A stretch of 64,000 nucleotides of DNA, from positions 51 through 64,050 of the forward strand of contig CAIQEI010000134.1 in assembly GCA_903870815.1 (NCBI GenBank), read 5' to 3'. Source of the DNA: an uncultured Verrucomicrobia subdivision 3 bacterium. GTDB taxonomy: Bacteria > Verrucomicrobiota > Verrucomicrobiia > Limisphaerales > UBA11358. Both the position numbers and the translations under genes were made by a program. This document shows, piece by piece, positions 37,920 to 47,120 of the stretch (positions are counted from its first letter, which is position 1; each line of letters starts with the position of its first letter). Below the pieces are notes generated by a model. That model did no database searches, was not told the origin of the DNA, and saw only the letters and a list, made by a program, of their open reading frames with translations.

Positions 37920-38009
37920 GAAAACATTCAACATTGAACATGCAACTTCCAACTCCGAAGGCCACGCACTCGGGCGTTCGGAGTTGAAGGTTGGGCGTAG
38001 AATGTTTTC
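37920..38009. repeat. Intercistronic heptad-periodic imperfect hairpin element (copy 2)
   Basis: GAAAACATTC...CAACTCCGAA (37920-37959) pairs with TTCGGAGTTG...GAATGTTTTC (37977-38009). Two perfect 10-bp blocks flank an internal loop. It shares the AACATTGAACA and CGTTCGGAGTT motifs with 21977-22080. Confidence 0.75.
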
Positions 38010-38014
38010 ATAAT

Positions 38015-39418
38015 TCAATTCTTCTTCAGCTTGATGCCCTTCGGCGTGTCTTCGATGACCCAGCCTTTGGCTTTCAACTCGTCGCGGATGGCATCGGCGC
38101 GCTTGAAATCTTTGGCCTTTTTCGCAGCGGTGCGCTCGGCGGCCAGCGCGGAGATTTCGGCGGGAATTTCCGCTTCCGAATTCACGCCGACGCCGAGGAC
38201 GGAATCCACTTTTTCCCACGCCGCCAATGCCGCCGCCGCCGCTGGCGCATTCATGGAATTCTCGGCAAGCCGCTTGTTGGCTGCCGACACCCACTTAAAG
38301 ACGGCGCCCCAGGCGGCAGAAATGTTGAGGTCATCCGCCAGCGCGGCGGAAAACTGCTCCGGCAATCCTGATTCCGGGGCAGCAGTGACGCCGCCGGCCA
38401 GTTCGCGCAGTTTGCCGACACATTCATCAATCCGGGCCAACGCCGTCTTGGCACCGTGCAAACCGTCGAGCGTGAAATTGAAGGTCTCGCGGTAATGTGC
38501 GGTGAGCAGCAGATAACGCACTTCGCGGCCGGTGAACCCTTTGGCCAACAGATCGCGCAGCGTGAAAAAATTGCCGAGCGACTTGCTCATCTTCCTGCCT
38601 TCAACCAGCAGGTGTGCGCCGTGCAGCCAGAATTTCACAAATGGCTTGCCAGTAGCGCCTTCGCTCTGCGCAATTTCGTCCTCATGATGCGGAAATTTCA
38701 AATCCTCGCCGCCCAGGTGCAAATCAAATGTCTCACCGAGCGCCTTGATGCTCATGGCGGAACATTCGATGTGCCAGCCGGGCCGGCCGGCGCCGAAAGG
38801 ACTTGGCCAGAACACATCGCCGTCGTCCGGCACGCGCGCTTTCCAGAGCGCAAAGTCAGCGATGGATTCTTTTTCGTATTCATCTGAAGCAACGCGCTCG
38901 CCGGCGCGCATTTCATCCAGATTCAACTTCAACAACTGCCCGTAGTGGCAACCGCAGCCCTGGTATTTGGCGATGGAAAAATAAACCGAGCCGTCGTTGG
39001 CCTGGTAAGCGATGCCCCGCGCAATCAGCTTTTCAATGAGCGCGATGATTTCCGCGATCGATTCCGTGGCGCGGGGTTTCTGGTGCGGCTCGCGGCAACC
39101 GAGGGCTTTCAGATCGTCCAGGAAGGCGGCTTCGAATTTGCCGGTGAACTCGCGCAGCGTGGTTTGGGTTTCCCGGACGCGCTTGATGATCTTGTCCTCC
39201 ACGTCGGTGATGTTCATGACGTGCGTCACGTCGTTGCCGGAAAATTCCAGTGTGCGGCGGACGAGGTCGGCGAAGACAAACGTGCGCCAGTTGCCGATGT
39301 GCGCGAAGTCATAAACCGTCGGCCCGCAACAATACATACCGACTTTTTTCCCGCCGGCGTCGAGCGGTTTGAATTCCTGCACGGAACGGGTCAGCGTATT
39401 GAACAGTTTGAGGGCCAT
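38015..39418 (-). CDS. cysS: Cysteine--tRNA ligase
   Basis: HIGN (HIGH) and KMSKS motifs. ATG 39418 (MALKLFNTL). Confidence 0.9.
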   Translation of the reverse strand: MALKLFNTLTRSVQEFKPLDAGGKKVGMYCCGPTVYDFAHIGNWRTFVFADLVRRTLEFSGNDVTHVMNITDVEDKIIKRVRETQTTLREFTGKFEAAFLDDLKALGCREPHQKPRATESIAEIIALIEKLIARGIAYQANDGSVYFSIAKYQGCGCHYGQLLKLNLDEMRAGERVASDEYEKESIADFALWKARVPDDGDVFWPSPFGAGRPGWHIECSAMSIKALGETFDLHLGGEDLKFPHHEDEIAQSEGATGKPFVKFWLHGAHLLVEGRKMSKSLGNFFTLRDLLAKGFTGREVRYLLLTAHYRETFNFTLDGLHGAKTALARIDECVGKLRELAGGVTAAPESGLPEQFSAALADDLNISAAWGAVFKWVSAANKRLAENSMNAPAAAAALAAWEKVDSVLGVGVNSEAEIPAEISALAAERTAAKKAKDFKRADAIRDELKAKGWVIEDTPKGIKLKKN

Positions 39419-39659
39419 TGCAGCGAGCAAGTTAAAGGGCGGCGCGCGAAAGCAAAAGGCGATTTTTCCACGGGTTGTGAGCTAGAAAGCGGCGGTGAAC
39501 CGCGCGCAGTCCAGATACAAGCGATTGACCAGCGATTGCCGATTTGCGCGAACGCCTGGACTGCGGTTGCCTCAGCACCACTTTTCAACGAACGACTGGC
39601 GATAAGTTTCCATTGCGGCGAGGGCGGCATTTGTTAAGGTGGATTCGAACTGGAAACTT

Positions 39660-40934
39660 ATGCGGCTCTGGCGTTTCATCGCGGTAGTTGGAATCTTCTT
39701 CAGTGTGGCGGTCAACGCTGCGCAGGTCGGGCTGATCAAAATTGACGGCGCCATCGGCCCAGCGACGGCCAGCTACATCAGCCGCGCGCTCGAAGTGGCC
39801 GCCGCGCAACAAGACGAATGCCTCATCATCCAGCTCGACACGCCGGGCGGCCTGGTGGATTCGGCCTCGAAAATCGTCGAGTCATTTTACGCCGCAAACA
39901 TCCCCACGGTGGTCTATGTGTCGCCGGCACCGGCGCGGGCGGGCAGCGCGGGCGTATTCATCACCATGGCGGCGGACGTGGCCGTGATGGCGCCGCACAC
40001 GCGCATCGGCGCGGCGCATCCGGTGGAGTTGGGCGCCAGCGGCGGCGTGGAAAAAACCGACGATGTGATGAAGCAGAAGATGGAGAACGACACCGCCAGC
40101 TTCGCCAAATCGATCGCCGACAAACGTCATCGCAACGTGAATTGGGCCAAATCCGCCGTGCTGGAAAGCGCCTCCATCACGGCGGAAGAAGCGCTGAAAA
40201 CCAATGTCATTGATTTCATCGCGGACGACCTGACGGATTTGCTCAAGCAACTGGGCGGCCGCGAAATCAACGGCAAAAAGCTCAACACCGCCAAGGCCAC
40301 CATCGTGGAAATCCCGATGAACGCGTTTGAACGCTTTTCCCAATTATTTTTGCGGCCGGAAGTGATGTTCATCCTGATGCTGATGGTGATTTACGGCATC
40401 ATGGGCGAGTTGAGCAGCCCGGGCGCGATTCTGCCGGGCGTGGTCGGGGCCATGGCTCTGATCCTTGTGCTCTACATGTCCGCGATTCTGCCGGTCAATG
40501 TCACCGGACTCGTGCTGATCGGGCTGGCGGTCATGCTGTTTCTGGCGGATGTTTTTTCGCCGACGCACGGCGTGCTGACGACGGGCGGCATCCTGTCCTT
40601 TTTCCTCGGAGCGATGATGCTGTTCAGCCAGGCCGGGCCGGGTTTCGGGCTGTCGCTGTTCTGGATTTTCCCAGCAACGATTTTAACGGCGGCGTTTTTC
40701 ATATTCGTCGTCAGCAAAGGTATTCGCGCGCAGTTCAAACCGGCCCAGACCGGCACTGGAACGATGCTGGGGCGGACGGTGAACGCGCTTTCGCGTATTG
40801 ATTCGGCGGGCGGCAAGGTGTTCATTGAAGGTGAAACGTGGAACGCGGTAAGCCCGGTGCCGGTGGAAGCCGGCCAACCCGTCGAGGTGACGGGCATCAG
40901 CGGACTGACTTTGCAGGTAAAACCAAAAAACTAA
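39660..40934 (+). CDS. NfeD-family membrane-bound ClpP-class serine protease
   Basis: ClpP-like N-domain ([15 protein letters not shown]), 4-5 TM helices and a C-terminal OB-like NfeD domain. It lies upstream of an SPFH gene. The start is 39639 (GTG) or 39660 (ATG). Confidence 0.8.
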   Translation: MRLWRFIAVVGIFFSVAVNAAQVGLIKIDGAIGPATASYISRALEVAAAQQDECLIIQLDTPGGLVDSASKIVESFYAANIPTVVYVSPAPARAGSAGVFITMAADVAVMAPHTRIGAAHPVELGASGGVEKTDDVMKQKMENDTASFAKSIADKRHRNVNWAKSAVLESASITAEEALKTNVIDFIADDLTDLLKQLGGREINGKKLNTAKATIVEIPMNAFERFSQLFLRPEVMFILMLMVIYGIMGELSSPGAILPGVVGAMALILVLYMSAILPVNVTGLVLIGLAVMLFLADVFSPTHGVLTTGGILSFFLGAMMLFSQAGPGFGLSLFWIFPATILTAAFFIFVVSKGIRAQFKPAQTGTGTMLGRTVNALSRIDSAGGKVFIEGETWNAVSPVPVEAGQPVEVTGISGLTLQVKPKN

Positions 40935-40948
40935 ACAAACTACATATT

Positions 40949-41725
40949 ATGGAACAACTCATCGCTCTAGCCCTTCGCGGCGGGATAATTTCGGTCGTCG
41001 TCGTCATCGTCATTCTGGCGGTTTTCATTCTGCCGCAAGCCATGCGCATTTTGCGCGAATACGAGCGCGGCGTGATTTTCCGGCTCGGTAAACTGCAGGG
41101 CGCGAAAGGGCCGGGGCTGATTTTCCTGATTCCCATGATCGACAAGATGGTGAAGATGGATCTGCGCGTCGTGACCATTGACGTGCCCAAACAGGAGATC
41201 ATGACCAAGGACAATGTGCCGGCCACAGTGGATGCGGTGATATATTTCCGCGTCGTGGACCCGAACGCGGCGGTGGTGAAGGTGGAAAATTACTGGAAAG
41301 CCACATCGCTCATCGGGCAGACGACCTTGCGCAGCGTGCTCGGCCAATCGGCGCTGGATGAACTGCTGTCCCAGCGCGACATCATCAACCAGAAATTGCA
41401 GGAGATCATCGACAAACAGACCGAGCCATGGGGCATCAAGGTCACATCGGTGGAAGTGAAAGAAGTAGCGTTGCCCGACAGCATGAAGCGCGCGATGGCC
41501 AAGCAGGCCGAGGCGGAACGCGAACGCCGCGCGAAAGTGGTGAATGCCGAAGGCGAATTCCAGGCCGCCGAAAAAATGGTGCAGGCCGCCGGCTTGATCG
41601 CGAAGGAACCGATTGCGCTGCAATTGCGCTATCTCCAGACCATGCGCGAAATGGCTAGCGAACATAACACGACGACGTTCCTGCCGCTGCCGATTGACTT
41701 GTTCAGCGCGTTTTTGAAGAAGTAA
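40949..41725 (+). CDS. SPFH/band-7 (stomatin-like) protein
   Basis: TM anchor followed by [16 protein letters not shown]...; classic NfeD partner. Confidence 0.85.
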   Translation: MEQLIALALRGGIISVVVVIVILAVFILPQAMRILREYERGVIFRLGKLQGAKGPGLIFLIPMIDKMVKMDLRVVTIDVPKQEIMTKDNVPATVDAVIYFRVVDPNAAVVKVENYWKATSLIGQTTLRSVLGQSALDELLSQRDIINQKLQEIIDKQTEPWGIKVTSVEVKEVALPDSMKRAMAKQAEAERERRAKVVNAEGEFQAAEKMVQAAGLIAKEPIALQLRYLQTMREMASEHNTTTFLPLPIDLFSAFLKK

Positions 41726-41741
41726 AGCAGCTGGCTTCCCG

Positions 41742-42785
41742 ATGATTTTCCTGAACATCGGCATTTTGGTGTTGGTGGCGGGCGGCGTATGGTGGCTGAC
41801 CGGCCTGGACAAAACCGGCGGCGGCGAAAGCAAACGATCGCATCATGTTTCACGGACGGTTCGAAGCCTGATGGTCTTGCTTTTGGCGGCGGCGTTTCTC
41901 CTGCTGGTTGAACAACCTGATTTGGGCGCCGCGGGCATCCCGATGCTGATAGTCATTCCCATCTCCATCGGGATAATTTTACGCAGCGGCCTTTCCGAAA
42001 TTTTAACTCAAGGCTTCCTCCGGATCATTGACCCGGAACTCCATGATAAGCGCCCATTTGATCCAGGAAAGAGCAGGCACTACATGGACAAAATTGCCCA
42101 TTTGATCCACAACGGGCGGAGAGAAGAGGCGGTCAAGCTGTGCGAGGAACTCAAGCGGTCCGGCGAGGTGGACATCTCGACGCTGGAAATGACGCTGGAG
42201 TTTCTCGGCGTGAGACAAGACCGCGTGCAAACTCCCAAACCGCTGGCCGAGGCCGCGCGGCTACGGGAGCAAGGAAAATTCGCCGAGGCGGAACAACGGC
42301 TCAAATCGCTACTGGCGAAAAACCCGGCCGATAGCGGTGCGACGATGATATTGGTCCGGCTTTACGCGCAAGATCTACGGCAGCCGGCGAAGGCGCATGA
42401 AGTCTTGCAGCAACTGGAAAAACAGCCGCACGCTTCCACAGACCACATCGAGTTTGCGCGGCGTTCAATCGGCGAATGGAGCAGACCAAAGCTGAAAACC
42501 ACAGAACCGGCTGCACCGCCGGAATCGGTTGATGAACTGCTAGCGCAGGGATTCGGCGGCACGGCGATTGAACTGCTGGAGGAGAAAATCAAAGCCCAGC
42601 CGCAGGATTTTGAACTGCGCCTGAAGCTGGCGGAAATTTTCGCGGCGCATTTTGGAAATTTTCCACGCGCGGATAAAATCATCCGGCAGATGGAAGCCGG
42701 GTCAAATTTCAGTCCAAAACAATTGGAATTGGCGAATGCCAAGCTCAAGGAATGGCGCAAGACCGGTCTCATGCGCGCGACATAA
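41742..42785 (+). CDS. Membrane protein with C-terminal TPR-like helical domain
   Basis: Three N-terminal TM helices, then helical repeats (REQGKFAEAEQRLKSLLAKNP...). Confidence 0.55.
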   Translation: MIFLNIGILVLVAGGVWWLTGLDKTGGGESKRSHHVSRTVRSLMVLLLAAAFLLLVEQPDLGAAGIPMLIVIPISIGIILRSGLSEILTQGFLRIIDPELHDKRPFDPGKSRHYMDKIAHLIHNGRREEAVKLCEELKRSGEVDISTLEMTLEFLGVRQDRVQTPKPLAEAARLREQGKFAEAEQRLKSLLAKNPADSGATMILVRLYAQDLRQPAKAHEVLQQLEKQPHASTDHIEFARRSIGEWSRPKLKTTEPAAPPESVDELLAQGFGGTAIELLEEKIKAQPQDFELRLKLAEIFAAHFGNFPRADKIIRQMEAGSNFSPKQLELANAKLKEWRKTGLMRAT

Positions 42786-42821
42786 CTTGCAAAACCTTTC
42801 GTTTGGAACCTAAATTCAATC

Positions 42822-43067
42822 ATGCCACTTTACGAATACGAACTGTGCGAGGGCGAATGCAAAATCTGCGGCGGGACGTTCACGCTCAACCGGCCGCTGT
42901 CGGCCAAGCCGTTGACGAATTGTCCAGCCTGCAAGAAGCCGGTGCGCAAAATCATTTCCGGCTTCAGCACGCCGCACAAGCTCAAGCCGCTGTCCATCTC
43001 GGACGCCAAAAAGTCCGGCTTCCAGGTCTATAAACGGCTTGGCAAAGGCGAATATGAAAGGCAGTGA
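42822..43067 (+). CDS. FmdB-family zinc-ribbon protein
   Basis: MPLYEYELC..CKICG...CPACK (CxxC-CxxC). Confidence 0.75.
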   Translation: MPLYEYELCEGECKICGGTFTLNRPLSAKPLTNCPACKKPVRKIISGFSTPHKLKPLSISDAKKSGFQVYKRLGKGEYERQ

Positions 43068-43150
43068 AGCCGAGGGAACCGGCGGCACGGTTTTTCCTGT
43101 TGAATTCCTTTTTGACAAAGTTGCCCATTGCTTTAGCGTGTAATGACTAG

Positions 43151-44146
43151 ATGTATATTTTCCCGTCCAGATTGGTGATGTTGGCGGCATTCGTGGCGAT
43201 GGCGTTTTCGGCGCCGGCGCAGCAGACGATTATTTTCTCCAAACCGGCGGATCTGTCATCGACCAAGGCAAATTCCTTTCTGTCCGGCTCCCAGCACCAA
43301 GCCGGTGATTACAATGCGCCGCACTCGTTGTTCAATGATTACACGCCAGACCTGCCTTTGCCGAAGCCCATCATGCGGAACAACAACGATGCCTCGGTTA
43401 AAGACGCTCTGGACCGGCAGAAGAACTGGACGCTGCTGACGCCAGAGCAGATTCTCGGCATCCAGACGCCGGAGCAAATCCTGGGCGTGCCGGACCGGTC
43501 CGGTGAAAAAGGCCTATCGCTGGAGGAAAAGTTTTTGCTGCGCGAGCAAAGGTCGGAGGCCATGACGACCTCCAACAGCCGGGCCGGGAATGCCTACTGG
43601 CGGGAAACGAGCGATGACAATCCGTTCGCGGTTAAAAAACAGAACGATGAGAACAATCCCTACCGCCAGACAACGCAGCCGGGGTTGCCGGGGACGAGAA
43701 ATTTCAACCCGCTTTTTAACTTAAACGAACAAAGTCCCGGAGCCGTGCCGGAGGAGAAACAAAGATCCCATTGGAACAGTGTTTTTTTTCAACCCAGCCC
43801 GCCGAAGCCGGATCCCGAGCAAGTGGCCGACATGGAACGGTTCCGGGCACTGATGCAACCGAGTCTGCCGCCGGATACTGCGCCGGGATCAACGCGTTAT
43901 TCCGCGACACCCGCGCCGGCGCCGGCACCGGATCCGTATCTTCAAGCGGTACCGGTGGTCAATCCGGCGGGGCGGGACATTCCACCGCTGGCAAACGAAT
44001 ATTCCCGGCCCACGGGCATCAATCCGCTGCCGGCCGTCAGCACACCCGTGCCCAAGCCGGTGGCCGCCAAGCCCAGCTGGCAGGCACAACCGCCGCCGTG
44101 GACCTTGTCCGGGCCGAAGCCGCATGCTCCCAACTGGAGTTATTAG
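43151..44146 (+). CDS. Secreted Pro/Gln-rich hypothetical protein
   Basis: Signal peptide LVMLAAFVAMAFSAPAQQ; low-complexity body; internal TPEQILG duplication. Confidence 0.5.
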   Translation: MYIFPSRLVMLAAFVAMAFSAPAQQTIIFSKPADLSSTKANSFLSGSQHQAGDYNAPHSLFNDYTPDLPLPKPIMRNNNDASVKDALDRQKNWTLLTPEQILGIQTPEQILGVPDRSGEKGLSLEEKFLLREQRSEAMTTSNSRAGNAYWRETSDDNPFAVKKQNDENNPYRQTTQPGLPGTRNFNPLFNLNEQSPGAVPEEKQRSHWNSVFFQPSPPKPDPEQVADMERFRALMQPSLPPDTAPGSTRYSATPAPAPAPDPYLQAVPVVNPAGRDIPPLANEYSRPTGINPLPAVSTPVPKPVAAKPSWQAQPPPWTLSGPKPHAPNWSY

Positions 44147-45888
44147 TAGGCGGAGGTGCCGAGCATAACCTGCTCGAGCGTGGAAATCCCATCGCGGGCC
44201 CGGTCTAGCGCCACCATGCGCAGCGTGCGCATCCCCTGATTGACGGCGAGCTTGGCCATTTCCCGGGTGCTGGCACGGGAGATGATGAGTTTGCGGATCT
44301 GGTCGGTGATGGTCATGGCCTCGATGATCGCCATACGGCCGACGTAGCCGGAATTCTTGCAGCGGTCACAGCCCCGACCGCGGAAAAGTTGCACGCCGTC
44401 AAACACCACGGGATCCATGCCGAGGTCCTCAAACATTTTCGCCGGATACGTCACCGGTTCCTTGCAATGGGAGCAGATGCGCCGCATCAGCCGTTGAGCG
44501 CAGGAAAGGATGACGGAGGATGAGATTAAAAACGGCGTGATGCCCATGTCATCGAGGCGCGCGATGGCCCCGGGCGCATCATTACAATGCATCGTGGACA
44601 GCACCTGGTGACCGGTCAGCGCTGCCTCAATCGCGATTTCCGCGGTCTCGGTGTCGCGGATTTCCCCGATCATGATAATGTCCGGGTCCTGGCGCAGAAT
44701 CGAGCGCAGCGCGTTGGCGAAGGAAAGGCCGATGTCCTTCTTCGTCGGCACCTGGTTGATGCCGGGAATCTGAAATTCCACCGGGTCTTCCACGGTGATG
44801 ATGTTCCACTGCGGATTGTTCAACTCGTTCAGCGCGGAATAAAGCGTGGTGGTCTTGCCGGAACCCGTCGGGCCGGTGACGAGAATCAGGCCGTGCGGGG
44901 CGTCAATGGCGTTCTTGAACTGCTTGAACGTCCCGTCGTCGAGGCCAAGCTTGTCGAGGCTGGCGGACAGGTTGGATTTGTCGAGGACGCGCAGCACGAT
45001 TTTCTCGCCGTGCACGGTCGGTAGCACCGAGACGCGCAAATCGAAATCCCGTCCACTGACCTTGACCCGCATGCGCCCGTCCTGCGGCAGGCGGCGCTCG
45101 GCGATGTCGAGGTTCGACATGATTTTGAAACGCGAGGCGAGCGCCAGTTGCAACTGTTTCGGCGGCGGCGTGGCATCCAGCAGCACACCGTCAATGCGGT
45201 AGCGCAGCCGCATCACTTTTTCAAAGGGCTCAAGGTGAATGTCGCTCGCGCGATCCTTGATGGCTTGCAGGACAATCAAATTCGCGAGCTTGATGACCGG
45301 CGCTTCCTCGCTGGACGCAGCCAGCTGGTCCAAATTCACCTCGTCCCGGGATTCCCTGATGGACTCGATGGTATCGGCTTCGCCCTCGGCGTCGCTGCGC
45401 TTCTGCGCGTCCTGAATGATGTCCTCCATGGACCCAGTCTTCGTGGCGTCGATGGCATTCAGCTTGTCCGTGATGGCCTTTTCCGAGGCGATTAGCGGCG
45501 TGATCTCCAGCTTGGTGATGCGCTTGACGTCGTCGAGGGCCAGAACATTCAACGGATCCGCCATGGCGAGGAACAGCCGGTTATCCAGCCGGCTGACGGG
45601 AATCACCTTGTGATTGTGGGCCGTATCGCGCGGCACCAGATCCACCACTTCGGGCAAAATATTGAGGCGCGTCAGGTTGATGGGCGAAACATTCAGCACC
45701 CGGCCCATGCTGACGGCCAGATCGTCGGGGCTGACATACTGTTTATCCTTGTCGATCAGCAGTTTTACCAGCCGGGCGCCCTCCTTTTTCTGGCGGTCCA
45801 GCAACTCCTCAATCTGGTTCGGGCTCAGTAATCCGTCCTCGACGAGGGCATCGGCGATACGTTCGGCAAATGACTTGATTTTAGCCAT
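44143..45888 (-). CDS. pilB: GspE/PilB-family type IV pilus / T2SS assembly ATPase with MshEN-like N-domain
   Basis: Walker A GPTGSGKTTT, Asp/His boxes, tetracysteine CSHCK...CDRCK. N-terminal RIADALVEDGLLSPNQIEELLDRQ. ATG 45888. Confidence 0.85.
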   Translation of the reverse strand: MAKIKSFAERIADALVEDGLLSPNQIEELLDRQKKEGARLVKLLIDKDKQYVSPDDLAVSMGRVLNVSPINLTRLNILPEVVDLVPRDTAHNHKVIPVSRLDNRLFLAMADPLNVLALDDVKRITKLEITPLIASEKAITDKLNAIDATKTGSMEDIIQDAQKRSDAEGEADTIESIRESRDEVNLDQLAASSEEAPVIKLANLIVLQAIKDRASDIHLEPFEKVMRLRYRIDGVLLDATPPPKQLQLALASRFKIMSNLDIAERRLPQDGRMRVKVSGRDFDLRVSVLPTVHGEKIVLRVLDKSNLSASLDKLGLDDGTFKQFKNAIDAPHGLILVTGPTGSGKTTTLYSALNELNNPQWNIITVEDPVEFQIPGINQVPTKKDIGLSFANALRSILRQDPDIIMIGEIRDTETAEIAIEAALTGHQVLSTMHCNDAPGAIARLDDMGITPFLISSSVILSCAQRLMRRICSHCKEPVTYPAKMFEDLGMDPVVFDGVQLFRGRGCDRCKNSGYVGRMAIIEAMTITDQIRKLIISRASTREMAKLAVNQGMRTLRMVALDRARDGISTLEQVMLGTSAY

Positions 45889-45890
45889 GG

Positions 45891-46739
45891 TCAGCGGAAG
45901 GCTTTGCGGAGGTTGCCGATGATGTCGATCGGTGCGGAGATATACCACAGCAACCGATGCGTGGTGGCCTCGGCCAGTTCCTTGGCCGCCTGCTGGTTGA
46001 AGGGATTGGCCGTCGCCACCAGAATCGACTTGCTCATGCGGTCAATCGGCAGCACACACCAGCGCCGGCACACATCCGAAGGAAACCCGCGCGTCAGGTC
46101 CATTTCCACGTCGTAACGATTCAGCGGCAGATACGCCACGCGCGACTTGTCCGAAATCAACCGCAGAGACTTGTCCATCTGAAAAATACCCTTCTCATGC
46201 AGCATCTGGATGAACGGTTCCACCGGATCCGTCGGCGCCAGCGCCACATCCACGTTCCGCCAGCACAAGTCAAAATCCCCGGCCGTGATCAATTTGCTCT
46301 CGACGTAAATTTTATACATCGTCTTGCGGCCATCATCCACCTCATCGGACGCCGCGGACCTCGTCTTGCGGCGCTGCACCGTTGTATCCGACACCGACGC
46401 CATCGAAACCTGATCGGCCGTCGGCTGCACCACGGCGCTGCTGGCCTTGTCTTCGATCTGCCGCAAAGCCGCGCGCACATCCGCATCATCGGGCCGCCGC
46501 TGCAGCACCGTCTCATATTCCAGGATCGCCGACGACAACTGTCCCTGCTGCAAGTACGCCTGCGCAATCCGCTTGGACGTGTTCACCACGTCATTCTCGC
46601 GACTGAGTTTGGAGTAGGCCTCCTTGAGGATTTCCAGCGATTGGGTGTCCGACGGCTGCGACTGCACAATGACCTCGAACATCTCAATTGTCTGCATCAA
46701 TTGAGCTTCCTCACCGGCATTTAATGTGGGCGTCGCCAT
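45891..46739 (-). CDS. TPR plus T2SSE_N (GspE N-terminal-like) domain protein
   Basis: N-terminal TPR-like helices (AQAYLQQGQLSSAILEYETVLQRRPDD). The C-terminal part (CVLPIDRMSKSILVATANPFNQQAAKEL) resembles the GspE/PilB N-domain. Its stop lies 2 nt before the pilB start. Confidence 0.6.
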   Translation of the reverse strand: MATPTLNAGEEAQLMQTIEMFEVIVQSQPSDTQSLEILKEAYSKLSRENDVVNTSKRIAQAYLQQGQLSSAILEYETVLQRRPDDADVRAALRQIEDKASSAVVQPTADQVSMASVSDTTVQRRKTRSAASDEVDDGRKTMYKIYVESKLITAGDFDLCWRNVDVALAPTDPVEPFIQMLHEKGIFQMDKSLRLISDKSRVAYLPLNRYDVEMDLTRGFPSDVCRRWCVLPIDRMSKSILVATANPFNQQAAKELAEATTHRLLWYISAPIDIIGNLRKAFR

Positions 46740-46749
46740 GCTTGTCTCC

Positions 46750-46765
46750 AGCAAATTCGAAGCCA
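46750..46765 (-). promoter_or_regulatory. Sigma-54-like -24/-12 element (tentative)
   Basis: The gene strand reads TGGCTTCGAATTTGCT, with GG and GC in the consensus TGGCAC-N5-TTGCW spacing. It ends only ~11 nt before ATG 46739. Confidence 0.25.
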
Positions 46766-46907
46766 AGTTAATTGCCCGCCGCCGCCAAAGCAATCAAACA
46801 AAAATCGAACCGATTTTAAGCCAACCGAATGGCCTGACGAAGTCTTCAACGGGTTTCGTGGGATCAAATGGCATGATATATCTTTCGTGTGGGCGGTTGA
46901 CTGCCGG

Positions 46908-47120
46908 GTCAACCGCGTTTTTTACGTCGTTCAACAACCTGATTAACGTGGTCGAGGACGTTTTTTACGAGGTCAACCACGTTAATTTCCCCGTCCACCA
47001 CGTTCTTTGGATGGTTCAGCCACGCTTTTAACGTGGTGCAGGACGTTAATAACGTGGTCGACGACGTTATTTGGGCGGTCAACCACGTTATTTACGTGGT
47101 TCAAAGACGTTAATAACGTG
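46908..47120. repeat. Array of ten tandem 20-22-bp dyad-symmetric units (iteron/operator/centromere-like)
   Basis: Unit boundaries are 46908, 46929, 46951, 46972, 46994, 47014, 47036, 47057, 47078 and 47099. Consensus GTCNACNACGTTWWTWACGTG, with an internal dyad ACGTTA-N-TAACGT. An AT-rich tract follows directly at 47121-47180. Confidence 0.85.

Noticed and set aside
37917-38294. The N-terminal extension of the tmk ORF in the track. Similar extensions occur at 21960-22106 (kinase), 2847-2999 (radical SAM), 17416-17487 (E2), 45889-45948 (pilB) and 48759-48848 (debranching enzyme).
   Set aside because: The extensions translate repeat elements or the neighbouring gene's antisense strand, or start at non-ATG codons. 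In each case a conserved N-terminal motif begins at an internal ATG.
43438-43488. A direct ~24-nt repeat encoding TPEQILG twice in the secreted Pro-rich protein.
   Set aside because: This is a simple local duplication within a low-complexity protein. It is unrelated to the heptad family (its period is 24) and has no further copies.
46908-47120. The 21-bp repeat array as a CRISPR array.
   Set aside because: The units abut directly with no unique spacers, the unit length is below the CRISPR repeat size range, and there are no cas genes in the window.
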